From: Amphiscolops sp. MND2022
Taxonomy: Eukaryota
Direction of reading: 5' to 3'
Assembly (NCBI GenBank): GCA_964187785.1
Contig: OZ076409.1
Location: forward strand, 73,472,001-73,536,000
Length of the DNA stretch: 64,000 bases
The notes below the pieces were generated by a model. The model had not been told where the DNA came from and searched no databases. It saw only the letters and a list, made by a program, of their open reading frames with translations. Made by a program: the position numbers and the translations under genes. How positions within the stretch are numbered: position 1 is the stretch's first letter; each line of letters starts with the position of its first letter. Shown piece after piece: positions 19,984 through 33,200 of the stretch.

Positions 19984-20111
19984 GGAATCGACGATAAGCG
20001 TGGTTCCAGGTTTGGGTAAAACAGTCTGATTAGGTGGAATCGACGATAAGCGTGGTTCCAGGTTTGGGTAAAACAGTCTGATTAGGTGGAATCGACGATA
20101 AGCGTGGTTCC
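19984..20111 (+). repeat. 52-bp-period tandem repeat carrying hairpin motif A, downstream of ORF2
   Basis: GGAATCGACGATAAGCGTGGTTCC at 19984, 20036 and 20088. Confidence 0.9.
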
Positions 20112-20372
20112 ACTTTTCTTTACATTAGGTTAGTTTGTTGAGTATCGCACAAAGTTCTACTACAGAGGGTGGACACCGTGCGATATTCGGTTTTTTGAAA
20201 TTGAGAAAAATTATGTAACGACAACCCTTCCGCATTCTCTAACATCATTAACCACTAATTAACCTCCAACCAACACCGACTGAAGACGACGCTCATCCAA
20301 TCACGTAAGTAACTTTTTTCTTTTTAACACTTTCCCGCCTACTAGACTCTTCGTTTTGCCGTCCACGTCTAG

Positions 20373-21677
20373 GTGGCCACGACCATGGTTTCTTGCGTAT
20401 CTTGTCGAATCCTTTGTCGTTGCCGGCCGGGGAGGGACCCGTTTGCCGGCGTGTGTAGTGTGGGGCCCCCATACCCAAAAAGTGGTATTTTTTTCAGAGA
20501 TCTCAAAATCGGCCCATCAGAATTGCCTGAAATTTGGCATGAGGCTCCCAATTGGGGAAAAAATAAGAAGTGTAGGAGGCGACTTGTTCGGGTAAATATT
20601 GTATGTTGACTTTTGGCCAAAATAGTGTTCCCCCCCAACATGGGCAAAATCACATGAGTTGTAAAAATATGATCACAACTTTTGAACCTTTGGATTTAGG
20701 GGTACGGTCGTGGACCACATTAAGCAAGAGCTTTGGTGAGCGGGTAGGATAGATGGGTTTTGATCCCAGTACCTTCAACCACTTTTGAGAAATTAACGTT
20801 TCAAACAAACATCCGGGAGGTATCTGTTGCCCCTGAAGGCAGGTTTTTCGCCATTTTCAATGTGAAGGAGTGGGTTTAGCGTAACGTGTGTGGGGTGCTT
20901 TTTTGTTGCCCGTGTGCGGAGCGTTGTATAGAGGTGCTGGTTGTTGAAATTGGAAAAGCTGCTAAAAAAGTTATACCTATACCCCCCCTACTGTCTCTGC
21001 CATTCAATTTTTTTTTCAACTTCAGGCCTCCCAAAGGTGAGAAACTTCCACACAACTAGTATTGCAAGTGAATGCATGTGGAAAGTACTCGGATAGACGA
21101 GAAAAATGAGCTATAGAACGACTCTGTAGCTTAACCTGACGTTGACTTATGACATTTTGAGTGTGAGCTTGCTACGAGAGAAAAAAATTCAAAATTGAAA
21201 ATCGAAGCTAAGTCTCATCCAAAACTCATCGAAATACGTTCAATCCATACCAAAGCGGTCAAACTCCAGCTATATAGTGCAGCAACACTATTCAAGACCA
21301 TTTGACACAATTTTACTAGTTTTGACATTGTATTATTCATCCGAGAGCACAAAACAGTTGGGTACATTCCATCTCCCTTTCGGGGGAGATGAGAATGTAC
21401 CCGCTAAATGACACGCACCATGGCCTAATTTTTACCTTTATGCGACCTTTTCTAGGCTTTCGCGCAAGCCCACTAATATTTAGACTGGTTTCTTTCTCTT
21501 TCACTCCAAACATTCCGTCCGTACTAACCACCTTACACACCACCAGCAGCTCAACGACACATCTGTAACGTCAACGCCACATACTCGCATCAACGCCCAC
21601 CGTCCGTGGGCATGCCGAGGCATGCCCTTCGACGACGTATGCCCGTTGTCACAACAGGGCGCCCCTACATTCTCTAG
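20373..21677 (+). mobile_element. Unit U8, chimeric (divergent 5' half, B/C-type 3' half; 1305 bp)
   Basis: Divergent over 20373-~21010, then rejoins the TTCAACTTCAGGCCTCCCAAAG consensus; palindromic tail. Confidence 0.75.
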
Positions 21678-24600
21678 GTGCAGATCCCCTTTGGGATGCC
21701 TTAGTTTCGAGGGCGGGGTAGGGCCCCCAGCCCGAGTCTAGTATAAACAACGTAAGGCGATTTTAACAGTGAGGTATCGATTTTCTAAACGAGCCATACG
21801 ATTTGGCTGAAATTTTGCATACGGCTTCCTATAACAATCCTAAGAACTAATCCCTACTGGCGTTTTGCCCGGAAAAATCAAAAAGTGGGTCAAAATCTTA
21901 GTTTTTTGGTCAAAAAATGGCGTTTTTTTGGAAAAAAAAATTTTAAGAGCCAATATCTCGCTCCACAGGCCCCGGATCAAAAAGTGTACAATTGTTCGCG
22001 TGCTAGGCACTTCATGAACTGTCCGTAGACAAATTTTCGTCCAGATCGGATAAAAATTGACTGAGTAATAGAAAACTTTGAAAGTGATTTTGACGACTTT
22101 TTTCGAAAACCTAGTCTATCTCTGCCGTTTTTTGCCCAGATTTTTTTCCAGGACCTCTCCTAAAGGCCTCCCCTGGCCGGTTTACCTCCCAGAAAAACCA
22201 TTTGGCCCTTTTGCCGCAGTTTCAGCGTTCCAGGATTCCCCGGGTAAAAGATAAATGACTTAGAATTTTTTCGAAAATTTTTCAAATTTTTTTTTTCAAC
22301 TTCAGGCCTCCCAAAGTCAGGAAACTTCCACACAACTAGTATTGCAAGTGGATGCATGTGGAAAGTGCTCGAATAGACGAGAAAAATGAGCTATTATAAA
22401 CCTCTGTAGCTTAACCTGACGTTGACTTATGACAATTTTAGTGTGAGCTTGCTATGTGAGAAAAAATTCGAAAATTGAAAATCGAAGCTAAGTCTCATCC
22501 AAAACTCATCGGAATGGGTTCAATCCATCCCAAAGCGGTTTAATTCCAGCTATATAGTGCGCCAACACCATTCAGGGTCGTTTGACCCATTTTTACAACT
22601 TTTGACACCGTCTTATCCATCCGAAAGTTCGAAACAGTTAAGTACATTCCATCTCCCCTCCGTGGGAGATGGTAATGTACTCGCAAAAAGCCAAGGTCCT
22701 ACCGCCCTGTTCTATCCGGCGTTGCGCCAGAAATGCAGTAGCATGAGCTGCAGGTCGTTTACAGTAGCCTTTACGGGTGTTGTGACTATGCATTACAAGT
22801 CTAACTATGTTACTGAACGTGAAAAATTTGTTTCACTCCAAAATTTTTTTCAACTATTTTATGTCATCAATAAAGATATATCCATCCATTTACTACTACC
22901 TACCCCATCACCCGCCCCCTCCACTATCTGTTCAACCGTGCACGTCTAGGTGGTCCGGTACACTACCAACAAAACATTGTCGCGAGCAACGGGGAGGGTC
23001 CTGTAGCGAGCTTTATAGGAAAAAAACGGCGGAGCATATATACTAGGCAACATCGGCACTTTTACCCACGATCTCTGAAATGAACCATACGATCCGGCTC
23101 AAAATTTGCATACGGCTTCCTCTAGCAATTCTAAGAACTTTTCCCTACTGGCATTTTGCCCGGAAAATTCAAAAAGTGGGTCAAAATCTTAGTTTTTTGG
23201 TCGAAAAATGGCGTTTTTTTGGAAAAAATTTTTTTAAGAGCCCATATCTCGCTCCCAGGTGCTCGGAGCGGGTCGCATGTGGACGTTGATATTGCTGGGC
23301 ACTTCTTAAGGAGTCCGTAGACAAATTTTCGTACAGATCGGATGAAAATTGACTGAGTAATAGCCGCAAATCCGACGAATTTTTCAGAAAATTTTGGTAC
23401 ACCTAGTCTATCTCTGCCGTTTTTTGCCCAGATTTTTTTCCAGGACCTCTCCTAAAGGCCTCCCCTGGCCGGTTTACCTCCCAGAAAAACCATTTGGCCC
23501 TTTTGCCGCAGTTTCAGCGTTCCAGGATTCCCCGGGTAAAAGATAAATGACTTAGAATTTTTTCGAAAATTTTTCAAAATTTTTTTTTTCAACTTCAGGC
23601 CCCCCAAAGTCAAGAAACTTCCACACAACTAGTATTGCAAGTGAATGCATGTGGAAAGTGCTCGAATAGACGAGAAAAATGAGCTATTATAAAGTTCTGT
23701 AGCTTAACCTGACGTTGACTTATGACAATTTTAGTGTGAGCTTGCTATGTGAGAAAAAATTTCATAAATTGAAAATCGAAGCTAAGTCTCATCGGAATAC
23801 GTTCAGTGGACCCCAGCGCTGTTTAAATGCCGCTGTTTAGTGCAGCAACGCCCTTTAAGGTCATTTGATTCATTTTTTACAGGTTTTGACACCGTCTTAT
23901 CCATTCGAAAGTTCGAAAGAGTTGTGTACATTCCATCTCCCACCTTCTATGGGGGAGATGGTAATGTACACGCAAAAAGCCAAGTACTACTGTTCTTTTT
24001 ATACTTGGAGTGGCCTCGGCAATGCAGTAGCGGGAGCTCCAGGTCGTTTGCCGTAGCCTTATTGTCTGTTTAGGCTTTGCTACAACAGAAACTATGTTAC
24101 TGAACATGAAAAAGATTGTTTCAATCCAAATGTTTTTTCAAATAATAATACCAAATAACACATGTCCATATATCCACTATTGCCACTAAATACTGGCGCA
24201 TCGTCGCACAACGAAGCCTGCAGCGCTAGGTGCCAATCCCCCCGGGATGCCACAACTTCGAGGGCGGGGTAGGGCCCCCTGCCCGAGTCCAAAACCAACG
24301 GCGCTAAACTTCGCGCCAGAAACTTAAGGCGTTTTCCATTTCTAGAGGCGATCTCGAAAACGGCCCTATAGAATTGGCTCAAAATTTGCATACGGCTTCC
24401 TCTAGCGATTCTAAGAACTTTTCCCTACTACCGTTTTGCCCAAAAAAATTTTTTTGTTGACTTATAGACAATTTTAGGTGCCGAAAATGGCGTTTTTTCG
24501 AAAAATTTTTTTTCAAGAGCCCATATCTCGCTCCCAGGTGCTCGGAGCGGGTCGCATGTGGACGTCGATATTGCTAGGCACTTCGTAAGGAGTCCGTAGA

Positions 24601-27600
24601 CAAATTTTCGTCCAGATCGGATGAAAATTGACTTAGTAATAAAAAACTTTGATTTGCATTTTTTCGAAAATTTATGAAATCCCAGTGTATCTCTGCCGTT
24701 TTTTGCCCAGATTTTTTTCTAGGACCTCTCCTAAAGGCCTCCCCTGGCCGGTTTACCTCCCAGAAAAACCATTTGGCCCTTTTGCCGCAGTTTCAGCGTT
24801 CCAGGATTCCCCGGGTAAAAGTAAAATGACTTAGAATTTTTTCGAAAAATTTTCAAAAAATTTTTTTTCAACTTCAGGCCTCCTAAAGTCAGGAAACGTC
24901 CACACAACTAGTATTGCAAGTGAATGCATGTGGAAAGTGCTCGAATAGACGAGAAAAATGAGCTATTATAAAGTTCTGTAGCTTAACCTGACGTTGACTT
25001 ATGACAATTTTAGTGTGAGCTTGCTATGTGAGAAAAATTTTCAAAAATTGAAAATCGAAGCTAAGTCTCATCCAAAACTCATCGGAATACGTTCAATCCA
25101 TCCCAAAGCGGTTTATTTCCAGCTATATAGTGCAGCAACACCATTCAAGACCTTTTGACCCATTTATATTAGTTTTGACACCGTCTTATCCGTTTGAAAG
25201 TTCGAAACAGTTAAGTACATTCCATCTCCCCTCCGTGGGAGATGGTAATGTACTCGCAAAAAGCCAAGTACTACCGCCCTATTCTACCCGTAGTGGTGCT
25301 AGAAATGTAGTAGCGGGAGCGCCAGGCTGTTTACAGTAGCCTTTACGGGTGTTGTGACTATGTATTACAAATCTAACTATGTTACTGAACGTGAAAAAAA
25401 CTGTTTCACTCCAAATTTTTTTTCAACTATTTTATGTCATCAATAAAGATATATCCATGCATTTACTACTACCTACCCCATCACCCGCCCCCTCCACTAT
25501 CTGTTCAACCGTACACGTCTAGGTGCCCTAACCCATCGGTTTGCCTTCATTTTGAGGGCGGGGTAGGGCCCCCGACCGGCTCCTCAGGCTTTAGACTGAC
25601 AACGTAAGGCGCTTTTTAGGTGTAGAGACGATCTCGAAAATGGCCCATACGATTTTGCTCAAATTTTGCATACGGCTTCCTCTAGCGATTCTAAGAACTT
25701 TTCCCTACTACCATTTTGCCCGGAAAAATCAAAAAGTGGGTCAAAATCTTAGTTTTTTGGTCGAAAAATGGCGTTTTTTCAGAAAATTTTTTTTCAAGAG
25801 CCCATATCTCGCTCCCAGGTGCTCGGAGCGGGTCGCATGTGGACGTTGATATTGCTAGGCACTTCGTTAGGAGTCCGTAGACAAATTTTGGTTCAGATCG
25901 GATGAAAATTGACAGAGTAATAGCCGCAAATCCGACGAATTTTTCAGAAAATTTTGGTACACCTAGTCTATCTCTGCCGTTTTTTGCCCAGATTTTTTTC
26001 CAGGACCTCTCCTAAAGGCCTCCCCTGGCCGGTTTACCTCCCAGAAAAACCATTTGGCCCTTTTGCCGCAGTTTCAGCGTTCCAGGATTCCCCGGGTAAA
26101 AGTAAAATGACTTAGAATTTTTTCGAAAAAACTTCAAAATTTTTTTTTCAACTTCAGGCCTCCCAAAGTCAGGAAACGTCCACACAACTAGTATTGCAAG
26201 TGAATGCATGTGGAAAGTGCTCGAATAGACGAGAAAAATGAGCTATTATAAACCTCTGTAGCTCAACCTGACGTTGACTTATGACAATTTTAGTGTGAGC
26301 TTGCTATATGGTAAAAAAATTCAAAAGATGAAAATTGAAGCTAAGTCTCATCCAAAACTCATCGGAATGCGTTCAATCCATCCCAAAGCGCTTTGTTCCC
26401 AGTTGTAGAGTGCAGCAACACCATTCGAGGTCATTTAACCCATATTTATAAGTTTTGACACCGTCTTATCCATCCGAAAGTTCGAAACAGTTAAGTACAT
26501 TCCATCTCCCCTCCGTGGGAGATGGTAATGTACTCGCAAAAAGCCAAGTATCACCGCCCTATTCTACCCGTAGTTGTGCTAGAAATGCAGCAGCGGGAGC
26601 GCCAGGCTGTTTACAGTAGCCTTTACGGGTGTTGTGACTATGTATTACAAATCTAACTATGTTACTGAACGTGAAAAAATTGTTTCACTCCAAAATTTTT
26701 TTCAACTATTTTATGTCATCAATAAAGATATATCCATCTTTCCTACTACAACCACCCTACCACCCGGCCCCTCGTATCTTTGTTCAACCGTACACGTCTA
26801 GGTGGTCGGGAATCTTTCCTACCTCATGCTTTGAGGGCGGGGTAGGGCCCCTCGCCCGATCCTAATCCTTAGGATTTTAAACATAAGGCGAAAAGACCAA
26901 ATGAAAGCGATCTCGAAAACTAACCTTACGATTTGGCTGAAATTTTGCATGCGGCTCCCTATGACAGATATAAGAACAAATCCCTACTGGCATTTTGCTG
27001 GGAAAATTCAGTTTTTGGGTCAAAATCACTATTTTAGGTCCAAAAAATGGCGTTTTTTCGGAAAATTTTTTTTCAAGAGCCAATATCTCGCTCCCAGGTG
27101 CTCGGAGCGGGTCGCATGTGGACGTTGATATTGCTGGGCACTTCGTAAGGAGTCCGTAGACAAATTTTGGTTCAGATCGGATGAAAATTGATAGAGTAAT
27201 AGCCGCCGATTTGGCGCATTTTTTCGCAAATTTTTGAAAACCTAGTCTATCTCTGCCGTTTTTTGCCCAGATTTTTTTCCAGGACCTCTCCTAAAGGCCT
27301 CCCCTGGCCGGTTTACCTCCCAGAAAAACCATTTGGCCCTTTTGCCGCAGTTTCAGCAATCCAGGATTCCCCGGGTAAAAGATAAATGACTTAGAATTTT
27401 TTCAAAAATTTTTCAAAATTTTTTTTTTCAAGTTCAGGCCTCCCAAAGTCAAGAAACGTCCACACAACTAGTATTGCAAGTGAATGCATGTGGAAAGTGC
27501 TCGAATAGACGAGAAAAATGAGCTATTATAAACCTCTGTAGCTCAACCTGGCGTTGACTTATGACAATTTTAGTGTGAGCTTGCTATGTGAGAAAAAATA

Positions 27601-30600
27601 TCGAAAAATCAAAATCGAAGCTAAGCCTCATCCAAATCTCATCGGAATACGTTCAATCTATCCCAAAGTGGTTTATTTCCAATTGTCTAGTGCAGCACCA
27701 CCATTCAAAGTCCTTTTTGACTAATTTATATAAGTTTTGACATCGTCTTATCCATTCGAAAGTTGAAGCAGTTAAGTACATTCCATCTCCCCTCCGTGGG
27801 AGATGGTAATGTACGCGCAAAAAGCCAAGTACTATTGCCCTTTTTCTACATGGAGTGCACCTAGAAATGCATTAGCGTGAGCTCCACGCTGCTTGCAGTA
27901 GCCCTTACAGGTGTTGTACCTTTGTTACAAAACTAACTATGTTACTAATCATAAAAAAAATGTTACAATCGAAAAATTATTTTCAATAATTATATTTACA
28001 CGTTTTGTTGTCAATTACAATAACTACAGCTACCGCCCTGGCCTGATTGTTCAACCGTGCACGTCTAGGTGCCCAAACCTATCGGTTTACCTTCACTTTG
28101 AGGGCGGGGTAGGGCCCCCGACCGGCTCCTCAGGCTTTAGACTGACAACGTAAGGCGCTTTTCAGTTGTAGAGACGATCTCGAAAATGGCCCATACGATT
28201 TTGCTCAAATTTTGCATACGGCTTCCTCTAGCGATTCTAAGAACTTTTCCCTACTACCATTTTGCCCGGAAAAATCAAAAAGTGGGTCAAAATCTTAGTT
28301 TTTTGGTCGAAAAATGGCGTTTTTTCAGAAAATTTTTTTTCAAGAGCCCATATCTCGCTCCCAGGTGCTCGGAGCGGGTCGCATGTGGACGTTGATATTG
28401 CTAGGCACTTCGTAAGGAGTCCGTAGACAAATTTTCGTCCAGATCGGATAAAAATTGATAGAGTAATAGCCGCCGATTTGGCGAATTTTTTCGACATTTT
28501 TCGAAATCACAGTCTATCTCTGCCGTTTTTTGCCCAGATTTTTTTCCAGGACCTCTCCTAAAGGCCTCCCCTGGCCGGTTTACCTCCCAGAAAAACCATT
28601 TGGCCCTTTTGCCGCAGTTTCAGCGTTCCAGGATTCCCCGGGTAAAAGTAAAATGACTTAGAATTTTTTCAAAAAATTTTCAAAAATTTTTTTTTCAACT
28701 TCAGGCCTCCCAAAGTCAAGGAACTTCCACACAACTAGTATTGCAAGTGAATGCATGTGGAAAGTGCTTGAATAGACGAGAAAAATGAGCTATTATAAAA
28801 CTCTGTAGCTTAACTTGACGTTGACTTATGACAATTTTAGTGTGAGCTTGCTATATGGTAAAAAAATTCAAAAGATGAAAATTGAAGCTAAGTCTCATCC
28901 AAAACTCATCGGAATGCGTTCAATCCATCCCAAAGCGCTTTGTTCCCAGTTGTAGAGTGCAGCAACACCATTCGAGGTCATTTAACCCATATTTATAAGT
29001 TTTGACACCGTCTTATCCATCCGAAAGTTCGAAACAGTTAAGTACATTCCATCTCCCCTCCGTGGGAGATGGTAATGTACTCGCAAAAAGCCAAGTATCA
29101 CCGCCCTATTCTACCCGTAGTTGTGCTAGAAATGCAGCAGCGGGAGCGCCAGGCTGTTTACAGTAGCCTTTACGGGTGTTGTGACTATGTATTACAAATC
29201 TAACTATGTTACTGAACGTGAAAAAATTGTTTCACTCCAAAATTTTTTTCAACTATTTTATGTCATCAATAAAGATATATCCATCTTTCCTACTACAACC
29301 ACCCTACCACCCGGCCCCTCGTATCTTTGTTCAACCGTACACGTCTAGGTGCCCAAATCCATCGATTTACCTTCATTTTGAGGGCGGGGTAGGGCCCCCG
29401 ACCGGCTCTTCAGGCTTTAGACTGGCAACTTTAAGCCATTTCGCAAAATGGAAGCGATTTTCTAAACGGCCCATACGATTTGGCTCAAATTTTGCATACG
29501 GCTTCCTCTAGCGATTCTAAGAACTTTTCCCTACTACCATTTTGCCCGGAAAATTTTTTTTGTTGACTTATAGACAATTTTAGGTGCCAAAAATGGCGTT
29601 TTTTCGAAAAATTTTTTTTCAAGAGCCCATATCTCGCTCCCAGGTGCTCGGAGCGGGTCGCATGTGGACGTCGATATTGCTAGGCACTTCGTAAGGAGTC
29701 CGTAGACAAATTTTCGTACAGATCGGATGAAAATTGACTTAGTAATAAAAAACTTTGATTTGCATTTTTTCGAAAATTTCTGAAAACCCAGTCTATCTCT
29801 GCCGTTTTTTGCCCAGATTTTTTTCCAGGACCTCTCCTAAAGGCCTCCCCTGGCCGGTTTACCTCCCAGAAAAACCATTTGGCCCTTTTGCCGCAGTTTC
29901 AGCGTTCCAGGATTCCCCGGGTAAAAGTAAAATGTCTTAGAATTTTTTCGAAAAATTTTCAAAAAAAATTTTTTTCAACTTCAGGCCTCCCAAAGTCAAG
30001 AAACGTCCACACAACTAGTATTGCAAGTGGATGCATGTGGAAAGTGCTCGAACAGACGAGAAAAATGAGCTATTATAAACCTCTGTAGCTCAACCTGACG
30101 TTGACTTATGACAATTTTAGTGTGAGCTTGCTATGTAAGAAAAATTTTCAAAAATTGAAAATCGAAGCTAAGTCTCATCCAAAACTCATCTGAATACGTA
30201 CAATCCATCCCAAAGCGGTTTATTTCCAGCTTTCCAGTGCAGCAACACCATTCGAGGTCATTTAACCCATATTTATAAGTTTTGACACCGTCTTATCCAT
30301 CCGAAAGTTCGAAACAGTTAAGTACATTCCATCTCCCCTCCGTGGGAGATGGTAATGTACTCGCAAAAAGTCAAGTATCACCGTCCTATTCTACCCGTAG
30401 TTGTGCTAGAAATGCAGTAGCGGGAGCGCCAGGCTGTTTACAGTAGCCTTTACGGGTGTTGTGACTATGTATTACAAATCTAACTATGTTACTGAACGTG
30501 AAAAAATTGTTTCACTCCAAAATTTTTTTCAACTATTCTATGTCATCAATAAAGATATATCCATCCATTTACTACTACCTACCCCATCACCCGCCCCCTC

Positions 30601-33200
30601 CACTATCTGTTCAACCGTACACGTCTAGGTGCCCAAATCCATCGATTTACCTTCACTTTGAGGGCGGGGTAGGGCCCCCGACCGGCTCCTCAGGCTTTAG
30701 ACTGACAACGTAAGGCGCTTTTTAGGTGTAGAGACGATCTCGGAAATGGCCCATACGATTTTGCTCAAATTTTGCATACGGCTTCCTCTAGCGATTCTAA
30801 GAACTAATCCCTACTGGCGTTTTGCCCGGAAAAATCGAAAAGTTGGTCAAAATCACTATTTTAGGTGCCGAAAATGGCGTTTTTTTGAAAAAAAAATTTT
30901 TAAGAGCCAATATCTCGTTCCACAGGCCCCGGATCAAAAAGTGTACAATTGTTTGCACGTTAGGCACTTCATGAACTGTCCGTAGACAAATTTTCGTCCA
31001 GATCGGATAAAAATTGACTGAGTAATAGCCGGAATTCTGACGCATTTTGTCGACATTTTTCGAAAACCTAGTCTATCTCTGCCGTTTTTTGCCCAGATTT
31101 TTTTCCAGGACCTCTCCTAAAGGCCTCCCCTGGCCGGTTTACATCCCAGAAAAACCATTTGGCCCTTTTGCCGCAGTTTCAGCGTTCCAGGATTCCCCGG
31201 GTAAAAGTAAAATGACTTAGAATTTTTTCGAAAAATTTTCAAAAAAATTTTTTTTCAACTTCAAGCCTCCCAAAGTCAGGAAACGTCCACACAACTAGTA
31301 TTGCAAGTAAATGCATGTGGAAAGTGCTCGAATAGACGAGAAAAATGAGCTATTATAAAGTTCTCTAACTTAACCTGACGTTGACTTATGACAATTTTAG
31401 TGTGAGCTTGCTATGTGAGAAAAAAATTCGAAAATTGAAAATTGAAGCTAAGTCTCATCCAAAACTCATCGGAATACGTTCAATCCATCCCAAAGCGGTT
31501 CAATTCCAGTTGTATAGTGCAGCAACACCATTAAAGGTCATTTGGCCCATTTTTATAACTTTTGACGCCGTCTTATCCATCCGAAAGTTCGAAACAGTTA
31601 AGTACATTCCATCTCCCCTCCGTGGGAGATGGTAATGTACTCGCAAAAAGCCAAGTATAACCGCCCTATTCTACCCGTAGTGGTGCTAGAAGAGCAGTAG
31701 CGTGAGCTCCAAGTTTGCAGTAGTCTCTATGTGTTATAATTATATTTTTCATAGCTAAAAATCTTACTAAACGTGATAAAAAAAATTACATCACTCAAAA
31801 TTTTTTCAAATATTATTATATGTCCCCAATTGACGCACGTCAACTATTTCACTACAACCACCCTACCACCCGGCCCCTCGTATCTTTGTTCAACCGTACA
31901 CGTCTAGGTGCCAATCCCCCCCGGGATGCCACAACTTCGAGGGCGGGGTAGGGCCCCCTGCCCGAGTCCAAAACCAACGGCGCTAAACTTCGCGCCAGAA
32001 ACTTAAGGCGTTTTCCATTTCTAGAGGCGATCTCGAAAACGGCCCATTCGATTTGGCTCAAATTTTGCATGCGGCTTCCTCTAGCGATTCTAAGAACTTT
32101 TCCCTACTACCATTTTGCCCGGAAAATTTTTTTTGTTGACTTATAGACAATTTTAGGTGCCGAAAATGGCGTTTTTTCGAAAATTTTTTTTTCAAGAGCC
32201 CATATCTCGCTCCCAGGTGCTCGGAGCGGGTCGCATGTGGACGTCGATATTGCTAGGCACTTCGTAAGGAGTCCGTAGACAAATTTTCGTACAGATCGGA
32301 TGAAAATTGACTTAGTAATAAAAAACTTTGATTTGCATTTTTTTGAAAATTTATGAAATCCCAGTGTATCTCTGCCGTTTTTTGCCCAGATTTTTTTCCA
32401 GGACCTCTCCTAAAGGCCTCCCCTGGCCGGTTTACCTCCCAGAAAAACCATTTGGCCCTTTTGCCGCAGTTTCAGCGTTCCAGGATTCCCCGGGTAAAAG
32501 TAAAATGTCTTAGAATTTTTTCGAAAAATTTTCAAAAATTTTTTTTTCAACTTCAGGCCTCCCAAAGTCAAGAAACGTCCACACAACTAGTATTGCAAGT
32601 GGATGCATGTGGAAAGTGCTCGAATAGACGAGAAAAATGAGCTATTATAAACCTCTGTAGCTTAACCTGACGTTGACTTATGACAATTTTAGTGTGAGCT
32701 TGCTATGTGAGAAAAAAATTCGAAAATTGAAAATTGAAGCTAAGTCGCATCCAAAACTCATCGGAATGGGTTCAATCCATCCCAAAGCGGTTTAATTCCA
32801 GCTATATAGTGCACCAACACCATTGAAGAACATTTGATCCATATATAAAAGTTTTGACACCGTCTTATCCATTTGAAAGTTCGAAACAGTTAAGTACATT
32901 CCATCTCCCCTCCGTGGGAGATGGTAATGTACTCGCAAAAAGCCAAGTACTACCGCCCTATTCTACCCGGATTGGTGCTAGCAATGCAGTAGCGTGAGCT
33001 CCAGGTTGTTTGCGGTAGCCTTTACGGGTGTTGTGACTATGTATTACAAATCTAACTATGTTACTGAACGTGAAAAAATTGTTTCACTCCAAAATTTTTT
33101 CCAACCATTTTATGTCATCAATAAAGATATATCCATCCATTTACTACTACCTACCCCATCACCCGCCCCCTCCACTATCTGTTCAACCGTACACGTCTAG
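21678..33200 (+). mobile_element. Run of nine subfamily-B units, U9-U17 (1267-1293 bp each)
   Basis: Near-identical central bodies with variable heads. Tails end in CAACCGTRCACGTCTAG, except U10, which ends in AAGCCTGCAGCGCTAG. Confidence 0.85.

Larger units (their letters stand above)
7990..20372 (+). mobile_element. Autonomous Helitron-like rolling-circle transposon (RepHel + GIY-YIG), occupying array slot U7
   Basis: Bounded by array junctions at 7986-7992 and 20369-20375. 7990-~8765 is homologous to subfamily-B units and ~8766-20355 is unique and holds two long ORFs. The 3' end CCGTCCACGTCTAG matches the unit tail CCGTACACGTCTAG. The true 5' end could alternatively lie near 8765. Confidence 0.85.

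Noticed and set aside
7990..20372. Terminal inverted repeats or target-site duplication around the coding element
   Set aside because: None visible, which is consistent with rolling-circle rather than DDE transposition.
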